Part shown: positions 17,969 to 27,741 of the stretch, piece by piece
How positions within the stretch are numbered: position 1 is the first letter of the stretch
Layout: the number at the start of each line of letters is the position of its first letter
From: a bacterium
GTDB taxonomy: Bacteria; Patescibacteriota; Minisyncoccia; Phycocordibacterales; UBA9973
Assembly: GCA_037127795.1 (NCBI GenBank)
Contig: JBAXXQ010000001.1
Coordinates: forward strand, 78,607 to 142,606
Length of the DNA stretch: 64,000 bases
Reading direction: 5' to 3'
Translations under genes and position numbers: made by a program
Notes under the pieces: generated by a model
The model's input: the letters and a program-made list of their open reading frames with translations, nothing else
The model's database searches: none
What the model was told of the DNA's origin: nothing

Positions 17969-19966
17969 ATGAACAAATTTATAAAAACAATTTTCGTACT
18001 AGCGTTTGCAATCTTGGCATTGCCTAGTTTTGCGCATGCGCAAGCATTTAATAATAATTCTCAAGACCTTGGAACAGTACTTGTAGCAAATGATACATCA
18101 AGTGGTTGTGGTATTTCTATGGGAACAGGTTGTTGGAAATCTTCAGTATCTGCAAATGCAGGGGATGTGATTTCTGTGCAGGTGTATTACCACAATACCG
18201 GCACTACTGCTGCAAATAATGTAGCGGTTACTCTTTCTCCACAAAATACAGCACTTTCTACAACAGCTACATTTTCTGGCGGCATCTTGTATAACGGTGG
18301 TACTGCGGCAAGTGGTTCAGCCTCTGTGTATTTTAATAATAGTTCACAAACTCTTACATATATTCCGGGAAGTATTCGTTGGTATCCAAACCAAGCTTCT
18401 AGTGGGCAAGGTGTTTCAAATGGAACAAACCTCTTTACTTCTGGCGGACTTTCAGTAGGTGATGTGAATCCTGGGTGGTCAAATCAAGGTATGGTAACAG
18501 CTGATTTTCAGGTATCAAATAATAATCAAAATAACAACAATAATACCGGTATAGGCTATTGTTCTCTTAATCTTACCTCAAACACATACTCTGTATATTC
18601 TGGAAACCCTGCAACACTTTCTTGGACATCAAGTAATTGTACAAACCTTGTTATAAACGGGGTAGGGAGTGGTTTGAATTCATCTGGATCTACAACAGTA
18701 TATCCATACAGTACCATGACCTATACTCTTACCGGACAAGGTAATAATGGTACAGTACAAAGCCAAGTAGTTATTTATACAAACAACTATAACAACAATA
18801 ACTACAATAATTACAATACAAGTTGTTCAATTTATAGTTTTTCTGCAGATAGAACAACTATAAATCGTAATGAAAATACAGGGCTTCATTGGAGTACCAA
18901 TGCTGATCATGTAGCAATAAGTCCACTTAGTATCAACTATGGCGCAGCTTCATCTTCAACGGTGGTAAGTCCTGCAACTTCAACTACATACCAGCTCACT
19001 GCGTATTGTTCAAATGGATATACACAATCTGCTAATGTAACAGTGAGTGTTGCAAATACTGCAACTTCAACTATGCAAGCAGATACAACACCCGCAACAT
19101 TGGTACATGCATCATATGCACAGCTCAATGGTATTGTGACACCAAACAATAATGGTAATGCAACAACATGGTTTGAATATGGTCTTACAGGAAGTTTTGG
19201 AAGTAGGACAAATGCGCAAAGTGTTTCTGCTGCAAGTAGTAGTTATGTAGATGACACTATTACAGGGCTTACTCCTGGTACTTGGTATTACTATCGTACT
19301 GTTTTGCAAAACCAAAGTGGTACTGTGTATGGTGATATTGTACGATTCCAAACCAAGGGTGGTGTTGTAGATACTGTAGTTCCTACACATACAGCAGCAG
19401 TGCACACTATTGTTAATAATACTGTTATTGCAAAAAGTGCTCCATCTTTGCTTGAGCTCAAGGTGAACAGTCAATATGATCGTATGTGTGTAAATGGTGA
19501 TATGCAATATACTGTGTCTTACCAAAATATCAGTACTACAACTCTCAAAGATGCAGTACTTCGTATTACACATCCAAAAGATCTTACATTTGAAGCAAGT
19601 ACTCTCGGTACTTATGAAGTACTCGACCGTGCAGTTACTATAAATGTAGGTAATCTCGCTCCAAACCAAAGTGGTATCGTAGTGCTTACTTTCAAAGTAA
19701 ATAGTGACGCAACACAAGGTGAGCTCACTGTAACTACTGCCTCAATGGTATATACAAATCCAGCAACAACAGCACAAGAAGATGCAACAGCATATTCATT
19801 GATAACCGTTTCAAATGATTGTCCTACTGCAAGTACTCTCGGTGCTAGTGCGTTTGGTACATCATTCCTTCCTCATACATTGCTCGAATGGTTGCTTCTT
19901 ATACTAGTTATCCTTGCATTGATTATTCTTGCAAGACAATTGTATAAGAAAAATCACCAAGCATAA
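17969..19966 (+). CDS. large cell-surface protein (CARDB/DUF11-like repeats) with C-terminal membrane anchor
   Basis: True start MNKFIKTIFVLAFAILALPSFAHA (signal peptide); Ig-like repeat segments; C-terminus LPHTLLEWLLLILVILALIILARQLYKKNHQA (motif + TM + basic tail). Confidence 0.55.
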   Translation: MNKFIKTIFVLAFAILALPSFAHAQAFNNNSQDLGTVLVANDTSSGCGISMGTGCWKSSVSANAGDVISVQVYYHNTGTTAANNVAVTLSPQNTALSTTATFSGGILYNGGTAASGSASVYFNNSSQTLTYIPGSIRWYPNQASSGQGVSNGTNLFTSGGLSVGDVNPGWSNQGMVTADFQVSNNNQNNNNNTGIGYCSLNLTSNTYSVYSGNPATLSWTSSNCTNLVINGVGSGLNSSGSTTVYPYSTMTYTLTGQGNNGTVQSQVVIYTNNYNNNNYNNYNTSCSIYSFSADRTTINRNENTGLHWSTNADHVAISPLSINYGAASSSTVVSPATSTTYQLTAYCSNGYTQSANVTVSVANTATSTMQADTTPATLVHASYAQLNGIVTPNNNGNATTWFEYGLTGSFGSRTNAQSVSAASSSYVDDTITGLTPGTWYYYRTVLQNQSGTVYGDIVRFQTKGGVVDTVVPTHTAAVHTIVNNTVIAKSAPSLLELKVNSQYDRMCVNGDMQYTVSYQNISTTTLKDAVLRITHPKDLTFEASTLGTYEVLDRAVTINVGNLAPNQSGIVVLTFKVNSDATQGELTVTTASMVYTNPATTAQEDATAYSLITVSNDCPTASTLGASAFGTSFLPHTLLEWLLLILVILALIILARQLYKKNHQA

Positions 19967-19989
19967 GGTATAAGGTGAGAAAAAATAAT

Positions 19990-20025
19990 ACCCCGCCCGT
20001 ACATCTTACGGGCGGGGTATTATGC
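19990..20025 (+). terminator. rho-independent terminator
   Basis: ccccgcccgtacatcttacgggcggggtattat. Confidence 0.7.
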
Positions 20026-20039
20026 TATAGTACTACTAT

Positions 20040-20480
20040 ATGGAGCGCATATATACACAAAATGATATACAAGCTATTGCCCGAGATATCCTTGCAAATA
20101 TTGAGCTACAAGAAAAACAGGGGCATATTATAGCGCTAGAGGGGGATCTAGGTGCCGGTAAAACAACCCTTACAAAAACCCTTGCTCGAGAGCTCGGTAT
20201 AGACCAAGAAATTACAAGTCCTACATTTGTCGTGGCAAAATCATATGAGACCAATGGTTCAGATTTTACCAAAGTAACACACATAGATGCGTATAGAATA
20301 GAAGACTTATCAGAACTTAAGGGTATTGGTTTTGCGGAATTATTACAAGACCCCAAGACGCTTATTATTGTTGAATGGCCAGAATTGATAGCTCCTGCAA
20401 TTACAGAACATCCACATCTGGATTGGTACACCATTTCTCATATTGACGAAACAACTCGTAAAATTACAAAAAAAATATGA
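20040..20480 (+). CDS. tsaE: tRNA threonylcarbamoyladenosine biosynthesis ATPase TsaE (YjeE)
   Basis: P-loop ALEGDLGAGKTTLTK, ITSPTFVV motif; 146 aa. Confidence 0.8.
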   Translation: MERIYTQNDIQAIARDILANIELQEKQGHIIALEGDLGAGKTTLTKTLARELGIDQEITSPTFVVAKSYETNGSDFTKVTHIDAYRIEDLSELKGIGFAELLQDPKTLIIVEWPELIAPAITEHPHLDWYTISHIDETTRKITKKI

Positions 20481-22837
20481 AACAAGAAAAAGCTTCCAAT
20501 ATAAAAACAATTGTTATTCTCGATGCGCATGCAATTATTCATCGCGCCTATCATGCACTTCCGTCATTTACCAAAAGTGATGGTACCCCTACTGGTGCAA
20601 TATATGGTACTGCCTCTATGGTGCTTCGTATGATCGAGCTTATCCGTCCAGATTATGTAGTAGCAGCATACGATCTCCCTAAGCCAACATTTCGTCATCA
20701 TGCATATGATGCATACAAAGCAGGTCGCGCAAAAACTGACGACAATCTTATTTTACAAATACAAGCAACACGGACCCTTATGGATGCATTTGGTATTGAA
20801 TGCATTGATGCGCCAGGATTTGAAGCTGATGATGTGATAGGTACTATCGTAGAGCAATACAAAGACGATGCATCTGTGCATATAGTTATCGCATCAGGGG
20901 ATATGGATACACTACAGCTCGTTTCTGGTATCAAGACACAAGTGTTCACATTGAAAAAAGGAATTCATGACAGTGTTTTTTATGATGAAAAAGCAGTACT
21001 CGCTCGCTATATGTTTTCTCCATTACAAATACCAGACTACAAAGGACTTCGTGGAGATCCATCAGACAATATTATAGGAGTACCTGGTATTGGGGAAAAA
21101 ACAGCAACAGAGCTTTTGGTACATTTCAAAACAATAGAAGGTATATATGAAGCATTAGAAAAAGATAAAGAGCTTTTGTATGCAAAAGGATTTTCAAAGC
21201 GTATTGTAGAGCTTCTCGATACACACAAAGACGATGCATTTTTCTCAAAAACACTTGCAACAATTCGTCGCGATGCACCAATACAATTTAGTATTCCGGA
21301 GCAATCTATTTACCATGTTGATTTTGAAAAGCTTACACAATTTTTTGATGCGTATGAGTTTAGAAGTTTATTGCCAAAAGTAAAAAGTGTTTTTGCTATA
21401 GAAGAAAAAAAGGAAGAAATTATTGCAGGGGATCCAGAGCTTGTACGCAAGGCTGCTATTGGGCTTTGGGTATTGTATTCAGAATATACCAATGCAGATG
21501 AAGCGACTATTTATGCGCGCACAAAAAAGAATTCACTTTCTGAAGCTATTAGTTTTATAGAGCAAGAATTACAAAAGCGAGGATTGTTTGATTTGTATGA
21601 AAAAATGGAGTTGCCACTAGTGCCCATTATTACAGAAATGGAGCAATATGGTATCGCCGTAGATCTTCCGTATTTGCAACAATGCGCAAAAGAGCTTCGT
21701 GTAAAGCTTGATAGTATAGAAAAAGAAATTGAAGATATTGCTGGTTCAAAAATAAATCTTAATTCACCAAAACAACTTTCTGCATTACTTTTTGAAACAC
21801 TTGAGATAAAACCAAAAGGGAAGCGCAAGGCAAGTGGCGCATATACTACCAATGCAGATGTGCTCGATGAACTCAGTGATAGTCATCCTATAATTCCACT
21901 TATTTTGAAATATCGAGAAATGCAAAAAGTTTTTTCTACGTATATAGAAGCATTGCCACACCATATTCGAGAAGATGGTCGTATCCATGCAACATTTCTC
22001 CAGCACGGTACTACAACAGGGAGATTTTCTTCTACCAATCCAAACATGCAAAATCTTCCTGCGTCTGAAGAGTTTGGTAAAGAAGTTCGTCGTGCGTTTG
22101 TTGCTAGTCCCGAGCATGTCTTTATTGGAAGCGACTACTCACAAATCGAGCTTCGCGTGCTCGCTATGCTTTCATTAGACAAAACACTACAAAAAAGTTT
22201 TGCTGACGGTATGGATATTCATACTGTGGTTGCGTCTCGAGTGTTTGGTGTTTCAGAAAGTGAGGTGACCAAGGATATGCGCCGCAAAGCAAAGGTGATC
22301 AATTTCGGTATTATCTATGGTATGGGTATTTCTGCATTGCAAAAAAATCTCGGCGTGAGTCGTGCAGAAGCAACAACATTTTATGAACAATATTTTGCTG
22401 CATTTCCAACTATCAAAGAATATCTTGATTCTATAAAAGGTGGTGCCACAGAAAAAGGGTACACAGAAACGGCATTCGGAAGAAGAAGATATTTCCCAAT
22501 GTTGCAATCAAATGCGCCATATATGAGAAGTTTTGCTGAGCGTATGGCAACCAATGCTCCTATACAGGGGACTGCGGCAGATATTATCAAGCTCGCTATT
22601 TTGGCTGTTGATGCAGAGCTCACAAAGCATAGCCTTAAAGAAAAGGTACATTTACTATTACAGATTCATGATGAATTGGTATATGAGGTACATACTTCTG
22701 TACAAGAACAAGCAGCTGCTATAATACAAAATACTATGGTAGAGGTGTTAAAAAATCCGCTTTTGCCGTATACTGGAGAAAACGTAGTACTTGCTGTTTC
22801 TGTTGCGACAGGTACTTCTCTTGATCAACTAAAATAA
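20477..22837 (+). CDS. polA: DNA polymerase I (5'-3' exonuclease + polymerase; apparently no 3'-5' proofreading domain)
   Basis: N-terminal FEN-like ILDAHAIIHRAYHALP; motif A DYSQIELR, motif B RRKAKVINFGIIYG, motif C HDEL; 786 aa. Confidence 0.9.
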   Translation: MKQEKASNIKTIVILDAHAIIHRAYHALPSFTKSDGTPTGAIYGTASMVLRMIELIRPDYVVAAYDLPKPTFRHHAYDAYKAGRAKTDDNLILQIQATRTLMDAFGIECIDAPGFEADDVIGTIVEQYKDDASVHIVIASGDMDTLQLVSGIKTQVFTLKKGIHDSVFYDEKAVLARYMFSPLQIPDYKGLRGDPSDNIIGVPGIGEKTATELLVHFKTIEGIYEALEKDKELLYAKGFSKRIVELLDTHKDDAFFSKTLATIRRDAPIQFSIPEQSIYHVDFEKLTQFFDAYEFRSLLPKVKSVFAIEEKKEEIIAGDPELVRKAAIGLWVLYSEYTNADEATIYARTKKNSLSEAISFIEQELQKRGLFDLYEKMELPLVPIITEMEQYGIAVDLPYLQQCAKELRVKLDSIEKEIEDIAGSKINLNSPKQLSALLFETLEIKPKGKRKASGAYTTNADVLDELSDSHPIIPLILKYREMQKVFSTYIEALPHHIREDGRIHATFLQHGTTTGRFSSTNPNMQNLPASEEFGKEVRRAFVASPEHVFIGSDYSQIELRVLAMLSLDKTLQKSFADGMDIHTVVASRVFGVSESEVTKDMRRKAKVINFGIIYGMGISALQKNLGVSRAEATTFYEQYFAAFPTIKEYLDSIKGGATEKGYTETAFGRRRYFPMLQSNAPYMRSFAERMATNAPIQGTAADIIKLAILAVDAELTKHSLKEKVHLLLQIHDELVYEVHTSVQEQAAAIIQNTMVEVLKNPLLPYTGENVVLAVSVATGTSLDQLK

Positions 22838-22845
22838 TTTTTTAT

Positions 22846-23307
22846 ATGAAAAAGCCCTATAAATTAACAACACATCACCTCCTTGCCATTTCATACTTGG
22901 TATATTTTTTCTGTATTGCAGGAGGTATTGGGCTTAGTATCTTTTTCCCATTGCGGGTGCGTATACCTGGAGATCAGATTTTTGCCGCTATTTGTTTTGT
23001 TGGTGGACCATTACTTATTTTATGGGCACAGTATTCTTCATATATGTTTGAGCGAGGCAAAAAAGATAAAGGAGAAATATCTTTTTATGTTGGCCCGTAC
23101 AAAATGCTTCGTAATCCTACACAACTCGGATTGTTTTTACTTATTTTTGGATATGTATTTATTTTGCATTCAGTAACACTACTTCTCGCTATTTTGTTTT
23201 CTTATGTAGTAGGGAATTATTTTTATAAAAAACAAGAAGCATTACTTGAACATAAGTATGGAAAAAAATATCAAGAATATGAAAAGGAAGTAGAAAAGGT
23301 TTTATAA
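22846..23307 (+). CDS. isoprenylcysteine carboxyl methyltransferase (ICMT/PEMT) family membrane protein
   Basis: 4 TM helices; GPYKMLRNPTQLG and EEALLEHKYGKKYQEY resemble ICMT C-terminal signature. Confidence 0.5.
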   Translation: MKKPYKLTTHHLLAISYLVYFFCIAGGIGLSIFFPLRVRIPGDQIFAAICFVGGPLLILWAQYSSYMFERGKKDKGEISFYVGPYKMLRNPTQLGLFLLIFGYVFILHSVTLLLAILFSYVVGNYFYKKQEALLEHKYGKKYQEYEKEVEKVL

Positions 23308-23308
23308 T

Positions 23309-23935
23309 ATGCTTATACTTGTTGTTGGGGGAGAGAAAACACAAAGACATACCGATATCAAACCATTCATACAAGAGAATGCTTTTTCAGTATTTGATGA
23401 CACAATGACATCTTTTGATGAACTTGAGTCTTTTGCATATCCATCACTATTTGAAACAGCTACACCAATTATTTGGGGAAAATTTTTACTTGATAAAGAA
23501 AAAGAAAATACTATTGCTGCTGATAAAATAAAAATCCTTGCAAAAAGTAATACTATTTTTATTATAGAAGAATTTACTATTACAGCAGATATAAAAAAAC
23601 TTTTTGAAAAACATGGTGCACAAGTTTTTGTACAAAAGAAAATACCAAAAGGAAAAGAAGGGGGTGCGATTTTTTCTATTGTAGAGACACTTATTGATGG
23701 AGACAAAAAAACTCGCTGGCTCGCATATCAAAAAGCTCTTGCGCAAGAATTTGTCCCTGAAGCATTGATAGGTATTATCTATTGGAAATTGCGACAATGT
23801 ATCGGATATGCGCGCGGAGAAAAACGTGATCACTATATACAGTTATATAGAAACTATATACAAGCGCATAGTACTGCGTGGAAGCAGGGTACTCCTATAG
23901 CGCTCGTTATAGAAAAATTAGTACTACAAGATTAA
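23309..23935 (+). CDS. hypothetical protein, possible short DNA polymerase III delta (HolA)-like
   Basis: N-terminal LILVVGGEK...PSLFETATPII resembles HolA N-domain (PSLF motif); weak. Confidence 0.3.
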   Translation: MLILVVGGEKTQRHTDIKPFIQENAFSVFDDTMTSFDELESFAYPSLFETATPIIWGKFLLDKEKENTIAADKIKILAKSNTIFIIEEFTITADIKKLFEKHGAQVFVQKKIPKGKEGGAIFSIVETLIDGDKKTRWLAYQKALAQEFVPEALIGIIYWKLRQCIGYARGEKRDHYIQLYRNYIQAHSTAWKQGTPIALVIEKLVLQD

Positions 23936-23942
23936 ACAAAAA

Positions 23943-23970
23943 AGCACCACGAGAGTGGGCTTTTTATATA
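23943..23970 (+). terminator. rho-independent terminator
   Basis: agcaccacGAGAgtgggcttttt (GNRA-looped stem + T-run). Confidence 0.5.
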
Positions 23971-24077
23971 TTAGAGTTTGTTTGTTATTTTTTATGTTTG
24001 TGAATGTGCTTCTGGGAAGAACTAAGATTTTGTTGACGAGACGAATGAACCGTTACTATAAGTATACTGGCTCGGTA

Positions 24078-24596
24078 TTATTCTGCAAGAGTAGTGTGTG
24101 GAAATCTTTTTGCAATGTATACCAATAGGAGACCAAGACTGAGCACGGTAAGCGCCATCATAGGGATAGTAATATAGCCAAATTCATATATATAACGAGC
24201 AAGGCATGATGGACCATTTGCACCACAAACATCTACTCCGGTAGGGAAAATATCTATAATATTGTGAAATAGGGCAAACAATAGTCCTCCCAATGCAAAA
24301 ATACTGATCTGTTTACGAAGTAGTGCAGACTTTTGTACGTTACCGGTCAGAGCGAGTATTGCTATACCAAAGATCGCAATACGCTGGTACCAGCACAACA
24401 TGCAGGGTGCGTAGAGGAATATGTATTCATATACAAGACTAATAAATGCACCACCGACAAACAATACACGGAGGCTGATAGTAGTCCATGGGGCGATACG
24501 AGGGAGGACTGGTGAGTCTGTCAAAATAGCAACAAAAAGAAATAGTATTACTAGTTGCAAAAATACAACACCAGAGGCAATGAGTGTATTAAACAT
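24078..24596 (-). CDS. disulfide bond formation protein B (DsbB/BdbC-like)
   Basis: Polytopic membrane protein with CMLC (CxxC) and second Cys pair CGANGPSC. Confidence 0.6.
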   Translation of the reverse strand: MFNTLIASGVVFLQLVILFLFVAILTDSPVLPRIAPWTTISLRVLFVGGAFISLVYEYIFLYAPCMLCWYQRIAIFGIAILALTGNVQKSALLRKQISIFALGGLLFALFHNIIDIFPTGVDVCGANGPSCLARYIYEFGYITIPMMALTVLSLGLLLVYIAKRFPHTTLAE

Positions 24597-24597
24597 A

Positions 24598-24999
24598 TTA
24601 TTGTAATGGACAATTTGTTTTATTTGCTAATGTTTCTAGAGGGATTTCTCCGGTAAGTCGTGAGCTATCTGCGAATACCCAGGTAGGGAAGCCTTCAATT
24701 TTTGCATCAATACAAATTTGTTTTTGTTTTTGATCTGGTGTTTGGCATTCTACATAGGGAAGGTATTTTACAGAATTACCGAACAATTTCTTTTGTGCTT
24801 GGCAGTGAGGACACCACCATGCGCCATAAAACTTCGCACCACTTTGATTTATACATTGTGCGAGCTTGTCGTATTGTCCTGGTTTGCGAGCTTGTACTAC
24901 AAGAAAGACAACCATACTAATTGCGACCACTCCTACAACGATCCACGGCATGTATTTTTTCATATAATTTAGCGTACCTTTTTGGTACATTTTTTGCAA
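24598..24999 (-). CDS. membrane-anchored thioredoxin-fold thiol-disulfide oxidoreductase (DsbA/BdbD-like)
   Basis: N-terminal TM helix; WCPHC active site. Confidence 0.55.
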   Translation of the reverse strand: MQKMYQKGTLNYMKKYMPWIVVGVVAISMVVFLVVQARKPGQYDKLAQCINQSGAKFYGAWWCPHCQAQKKLFGNSVKYLPYVECQTPDQKQKQICIDAKIEGFPTWVFADSSRLTGEIPLETLANKTNCPLQ

Positions 25000-25403
25000 G
25001 TTCCAAAAAACGATAAACTGTGACTTTGTATGGTTTTAAAAAGGCGAGATTTTTTGGTTGCAGAGACGCCTATATTTTTTATACAAAACGGTATTGATTC
25101 GATAATGCCACAATCGCCACACACTATATGGTGATGGTGGTGTTTATGCCAAATGAGCTCATATGAGTACACACCTTTGGTAATTGGTGTTGCTTGGGCA
25201 ATATGGTTTTCGACAAAAGCACTCAGTGCTCTATAGAGCGTAGTTGTGTTGCCGCCTTTTTTCTTAAGGATTTTTTGGAGCTCTTCTATAGTGAGCGGGG
25301 TTTTTGATTCATGTAATGTTTCTATAAGACGAAGTCTGATAGGGGTCGCTTTGAGTCCTTTGGTATGGAGAAGTTCTTGTGCATCAATAGGTGCTTTTTT
25401 CAT
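24969..25403 (-). CDS. Fur-family metalloregulator (Zur-like)
   Basis: HTH N-domain, HKHHHHH...CGDCG metal-binding region, C-terminal CKKC; divergent from ZIP transporter. Confidence 0.75.
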   Translation of the reverse strand: MKKAPIDAQELLHTKGLKATPIRLRLIETLHESKTPLTIEELQKILKKKGGNTTTLYRALSAFVENHIAQATPITKGVYSYELIWHKHHHHHIVCGDCGIIESIPFCIKNIGVSATKKSRLFKTIQSHSLSFFGTCKKCTKKVR

Positions 25404-25419
25404 ATACGATATATATCAC

Positions 25420-25440
25420 AATTGCAAATCATTTGCAATT
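25420..25440. promoter_or_regulatory. 21-bp perfect palindrome AATTGCAAATCATTTGCAATT (candidate Zur/Fur box)
   Basis: Seen directly in the zur-zupT divergent intergenic region. Confidence 0.5.
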
Positions 25441-25469
25441 AGACCCCTTCTCTAGTATAGTGCACCTAT

Positions 25470-26210
25470 ATGCATATGACACTTATGTATCTCGCATTTG
25501 CAACCACCCTCGCTACGTTTGTAGGGGGTATGTTTGCGCTTCGCCATAAAGACAAGTTTCATATTATTTTAGGTTTTAGTGCGGGGGCGGTGATAGGGCT
25601 TGCGTTTTTTGATCTTCTCCCAGAATCTATAACACTTGGTGGTATGTATTATCCGGTATCGTATATCGCATGGGCTATAGCAGGAGGATTTATATCGTAT
25701 ATGATTTTGGATCGTATTTTTATAAAAGATAGTCATGACCACCATGGACATACAGACCACGAAACACTTGAAAATCCTATGCGCGGCTCAGTACGAGCAA
25801 GTAGTCTTATTTTGCATAGTGTGCTCGACGGTATTTGTATTGGATTTGGGTTTCAACTTTCTCCGGCAATAGGGACACTCATTGCGATAGGGGTTTTGGG
25901 GCATGATTTTTCTGATGGTATAAATACTGTACAAGCAGTACTTCATTCAAATTTTTCAAAACGCCAAATACTATACTGGCTCATCGCAGATTCGCTTGCA
26001 CCACTACTCGGTATTGGTGTTACGCTTTGTTTTCATATTCCAGAAAAAATACTCGGCCTAATACTTGCAGTATTTTGTGGATTCTTTATATATATCGGCG
26101 CTAGTGATCTCGTCCCTGAGAGCTATCATAACCATCCCAAATGGCTCACCACTGCAATGACTGTCTTCGGTGCAGGATTTGTCTTTATATTGATACACCT
26201 GATAGGGTAG
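25470..26210 (+). CDS. zupT: ZIP family zinc transporter (ZupT-like)
   Basis: 8 TM segments, His-rich loop HDHHGHTDHE, HDFSDG motif. Confidence 0.8.
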   Translation: MHMTLMYLAFATTLATFVGGMFALRHKDKFHIILGFSAGAVIGLAFFDLLPESITLGGMYYPVSYIAWAIAGGFISYMILDRIFIKDSHDHHGHTDHETLENPMRGSVRASSLILHSVLDGICIGFGFQLSPAIGTLIAIGVLGHDFSDGINTVQAVLHSNFSKRQILYWLIADSLAPLLGIGVTLCFHIPEKILGLILAVFCGFFIYIGASDLVPESYHNHPKWLTTAMTVFGAGFVFILIHLIG

Positions 26211-26243
26211 TCCGATTTTCTCTCTAGATATCAAAAAACCTCA

Positions 26244-26275
26244 AAGCAAAAGCTTGAGGTTTTTTGATTGTGCCC
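26244..26275. terminator. bidirectional terminator (zupT / tRNA-Lys)
   Basis: aaaaaacctcaaagcaaaagcttgaggtttttt. Confidence 0.65.
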
Positions 26276-26343
26276 TTAGCAGGGCTCGAACCTGCGACCG
26301 TCTCCTTAAAAGGGAGCTGCTCTACCAGCTGAGCTATAAGGGC
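26271..26343 (-). tRNA. tRNA-Lys (anticodon UUU)
   Basis: Reverse complement GCCCTTATAGCTCAGCTGGTAGAGCAGCTCCCTTTTAAGGAGACGGTCGCAGGTTCGAGCCCTGCTAAGGGCA folds as cloverleaf; anticodon loop CUUUUAA. Confidence 0.85.
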
Positions 26344-26420
26344 AATTTCTGGTTATTTTGCAAAGGTTGCAAAATGTAAATAAAAATATACCATAGAGTG
26401 CGAACGAAATCAACATCATT

Positions 26421-26906
26421 ATGGAAAAAATTCCTCCCTACAAAAAAATACTTATTTTGCTTGATATCCGAAGTTCGCACAATGTCGGGTCTCTTTTTCG
26501 TACCGCAGACGCAATAGGGGTACAAAAAATATACCTCATAGGGACAACGCCGGACCCGATAGACAGATTTGGCCGCCCTAATCCAGATATTGCAAAGACT
26601 GCGCTTGGTGCAGAGCAAACCATACCGTACGAATATTACAAAACGTTTGTAGAAGTTTTTGCACTATTACAAAAAGAGCATGTTGCTATTGTTGGTCTCG
26701 AGCAATACAAAGACAGTGTTGATTACAAACAATATGTTGTACAAAATGACACTGCGTTGATAGTGGGGAATGAGGTCGATGGTATACTTGAATCTGTATT
26801 AGAAAAAATAGATGCAACTATAGAGATCCCTATGCGAGGCGAAAAAGAATCACTCAATGTCTCTGTTGCAGGAGGTATTGCGCTATTTAGAATTTTTGAT
26901 AATTAG
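26421..26906 (+). CDS. SpoU/TrmH-family RNA 2'-O-methyltransferase (TrmL-like size)
   Basis: SPOUT motifs RSSHNVGSLFRTADAIG, LIVGNE, ESLNVSVAGGIALF. Confidence 0.7.
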   Translation: MEKIPPYKKILILLDIRSSHNVGSLFRTADAIGVQKIYLIGTTPDPIDRFGRPNPDIAKTALGAEQTIPYEYYKTFVEVFALLQKEHVAIVGLEQYKDSVDYKQYVVQNDTALIVGNEVDGILESVLEKIDATIEIPMRGEKESLNVSVAGGIALFRIFDN

Positions 26907-27085
26907 TTTCCTAATTTCTTTTCCAATGTTTTTACATTGTATACCGGAGTTGCGCCGCCTGGCTCTTTGGGAGCTTCGATGAATTGATTGTGTTTGTTTT
27001 GGTAACGCTCTGGTCCACCGGTCATAAGCCAGAGTACCCAAAGTCCTATAAAAATAAGAATAAACCATCTAAATGTTCCTTGCAT
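26903..27085 (-). CDS. small membrane protein (hypothetical)
   Basis: 60 aa, single TM helix. Confidence 0.3.
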   Translation of the reverse strand: MQGTFRWFILIFIGLWVLWLMTGGPERYQNKHNQFIEAPKEPGGATPVYNVKTLEKKLGN

Positions 27086-27159
27086 ATATATCTAGTATAC
27101 CTGAGACCGTGTTTTTGACAAAAAATTGATAGTCTGTAATATGAAAGAAAAATATAATT

Positions 27160-27723
27160 ATGTATAGTACATTTCAGGTGTATATCGATCCATTTTTTAA
27201 AAAGATTGAAGATTCAGGAGATATTCCACCCTTTCTTAAAGAGCACTTTACGAAAGATTACTTTTTCTCTCCATTATTCTTATTAAAAGAAATTAGCGAC
27301 AAGAGGAGGTCATATTTGTTTCAGCATGGAATCTTTTTTTTAGGCCAAGTTGAACTCATGACAAAAGATTTTATTAAAACTTTTGTCTACGATGACTTAC
27401 AAAAAATTCTTGAAGAATTATCTTCAGATATTCCTAATGATAAGAAAAATCTGTTTATGCAGTATTCTCATGTATATCAACAAGTTCGTATTTTTGATTT
27501 TCTTTCAGAAGAAGAATTAATATTTTTAAAAACAAATATTTGGAATAAAATTAATCCAGATTTTGAATTTAGTAATTCTTATACTTTTGGGGAAATTAAA
27601 TATCGAAGATTGTTGAATAACATGTCTCTTGATTCTGAAATTTGTATTACTGTAATGCAGCATAGAAAATTTCACCTTCTTAAATTTTTTGAATGGATTA
27701 GTAAACAAAAAGTCCCGCAATAA
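27160..27723 (+). CDS. hypothetical protein
   Basis: 187-aa ORF followed by strong terminator; no motif recognised. Confidence 0.4.
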   Translation: MYSTFQVYIDPFFKKIEDSGDIPPFLKEHFTKDYFFSPLFLLKEISDKRRSYLFQHGIFFLGQVELMTKDFIKTFVYDDLQKILEELSSDIPNDKKNLFMQYSHVYQQVRIFDFLSEEELIFLKTNIWNKINPDFEFSNSYTFGEIKYRRLLNNMSLDSEICITVMQHRKFHLLKFFEWISKQKVPQ

Positions 27724-27741
27724 TGCGGGCTTTTTATTTTT
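27709..27741. terminator. bidirectional terminator
   Basis: aaaaagtcccgcaataatgcgggctttttattttt. Confidence 0.7.
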
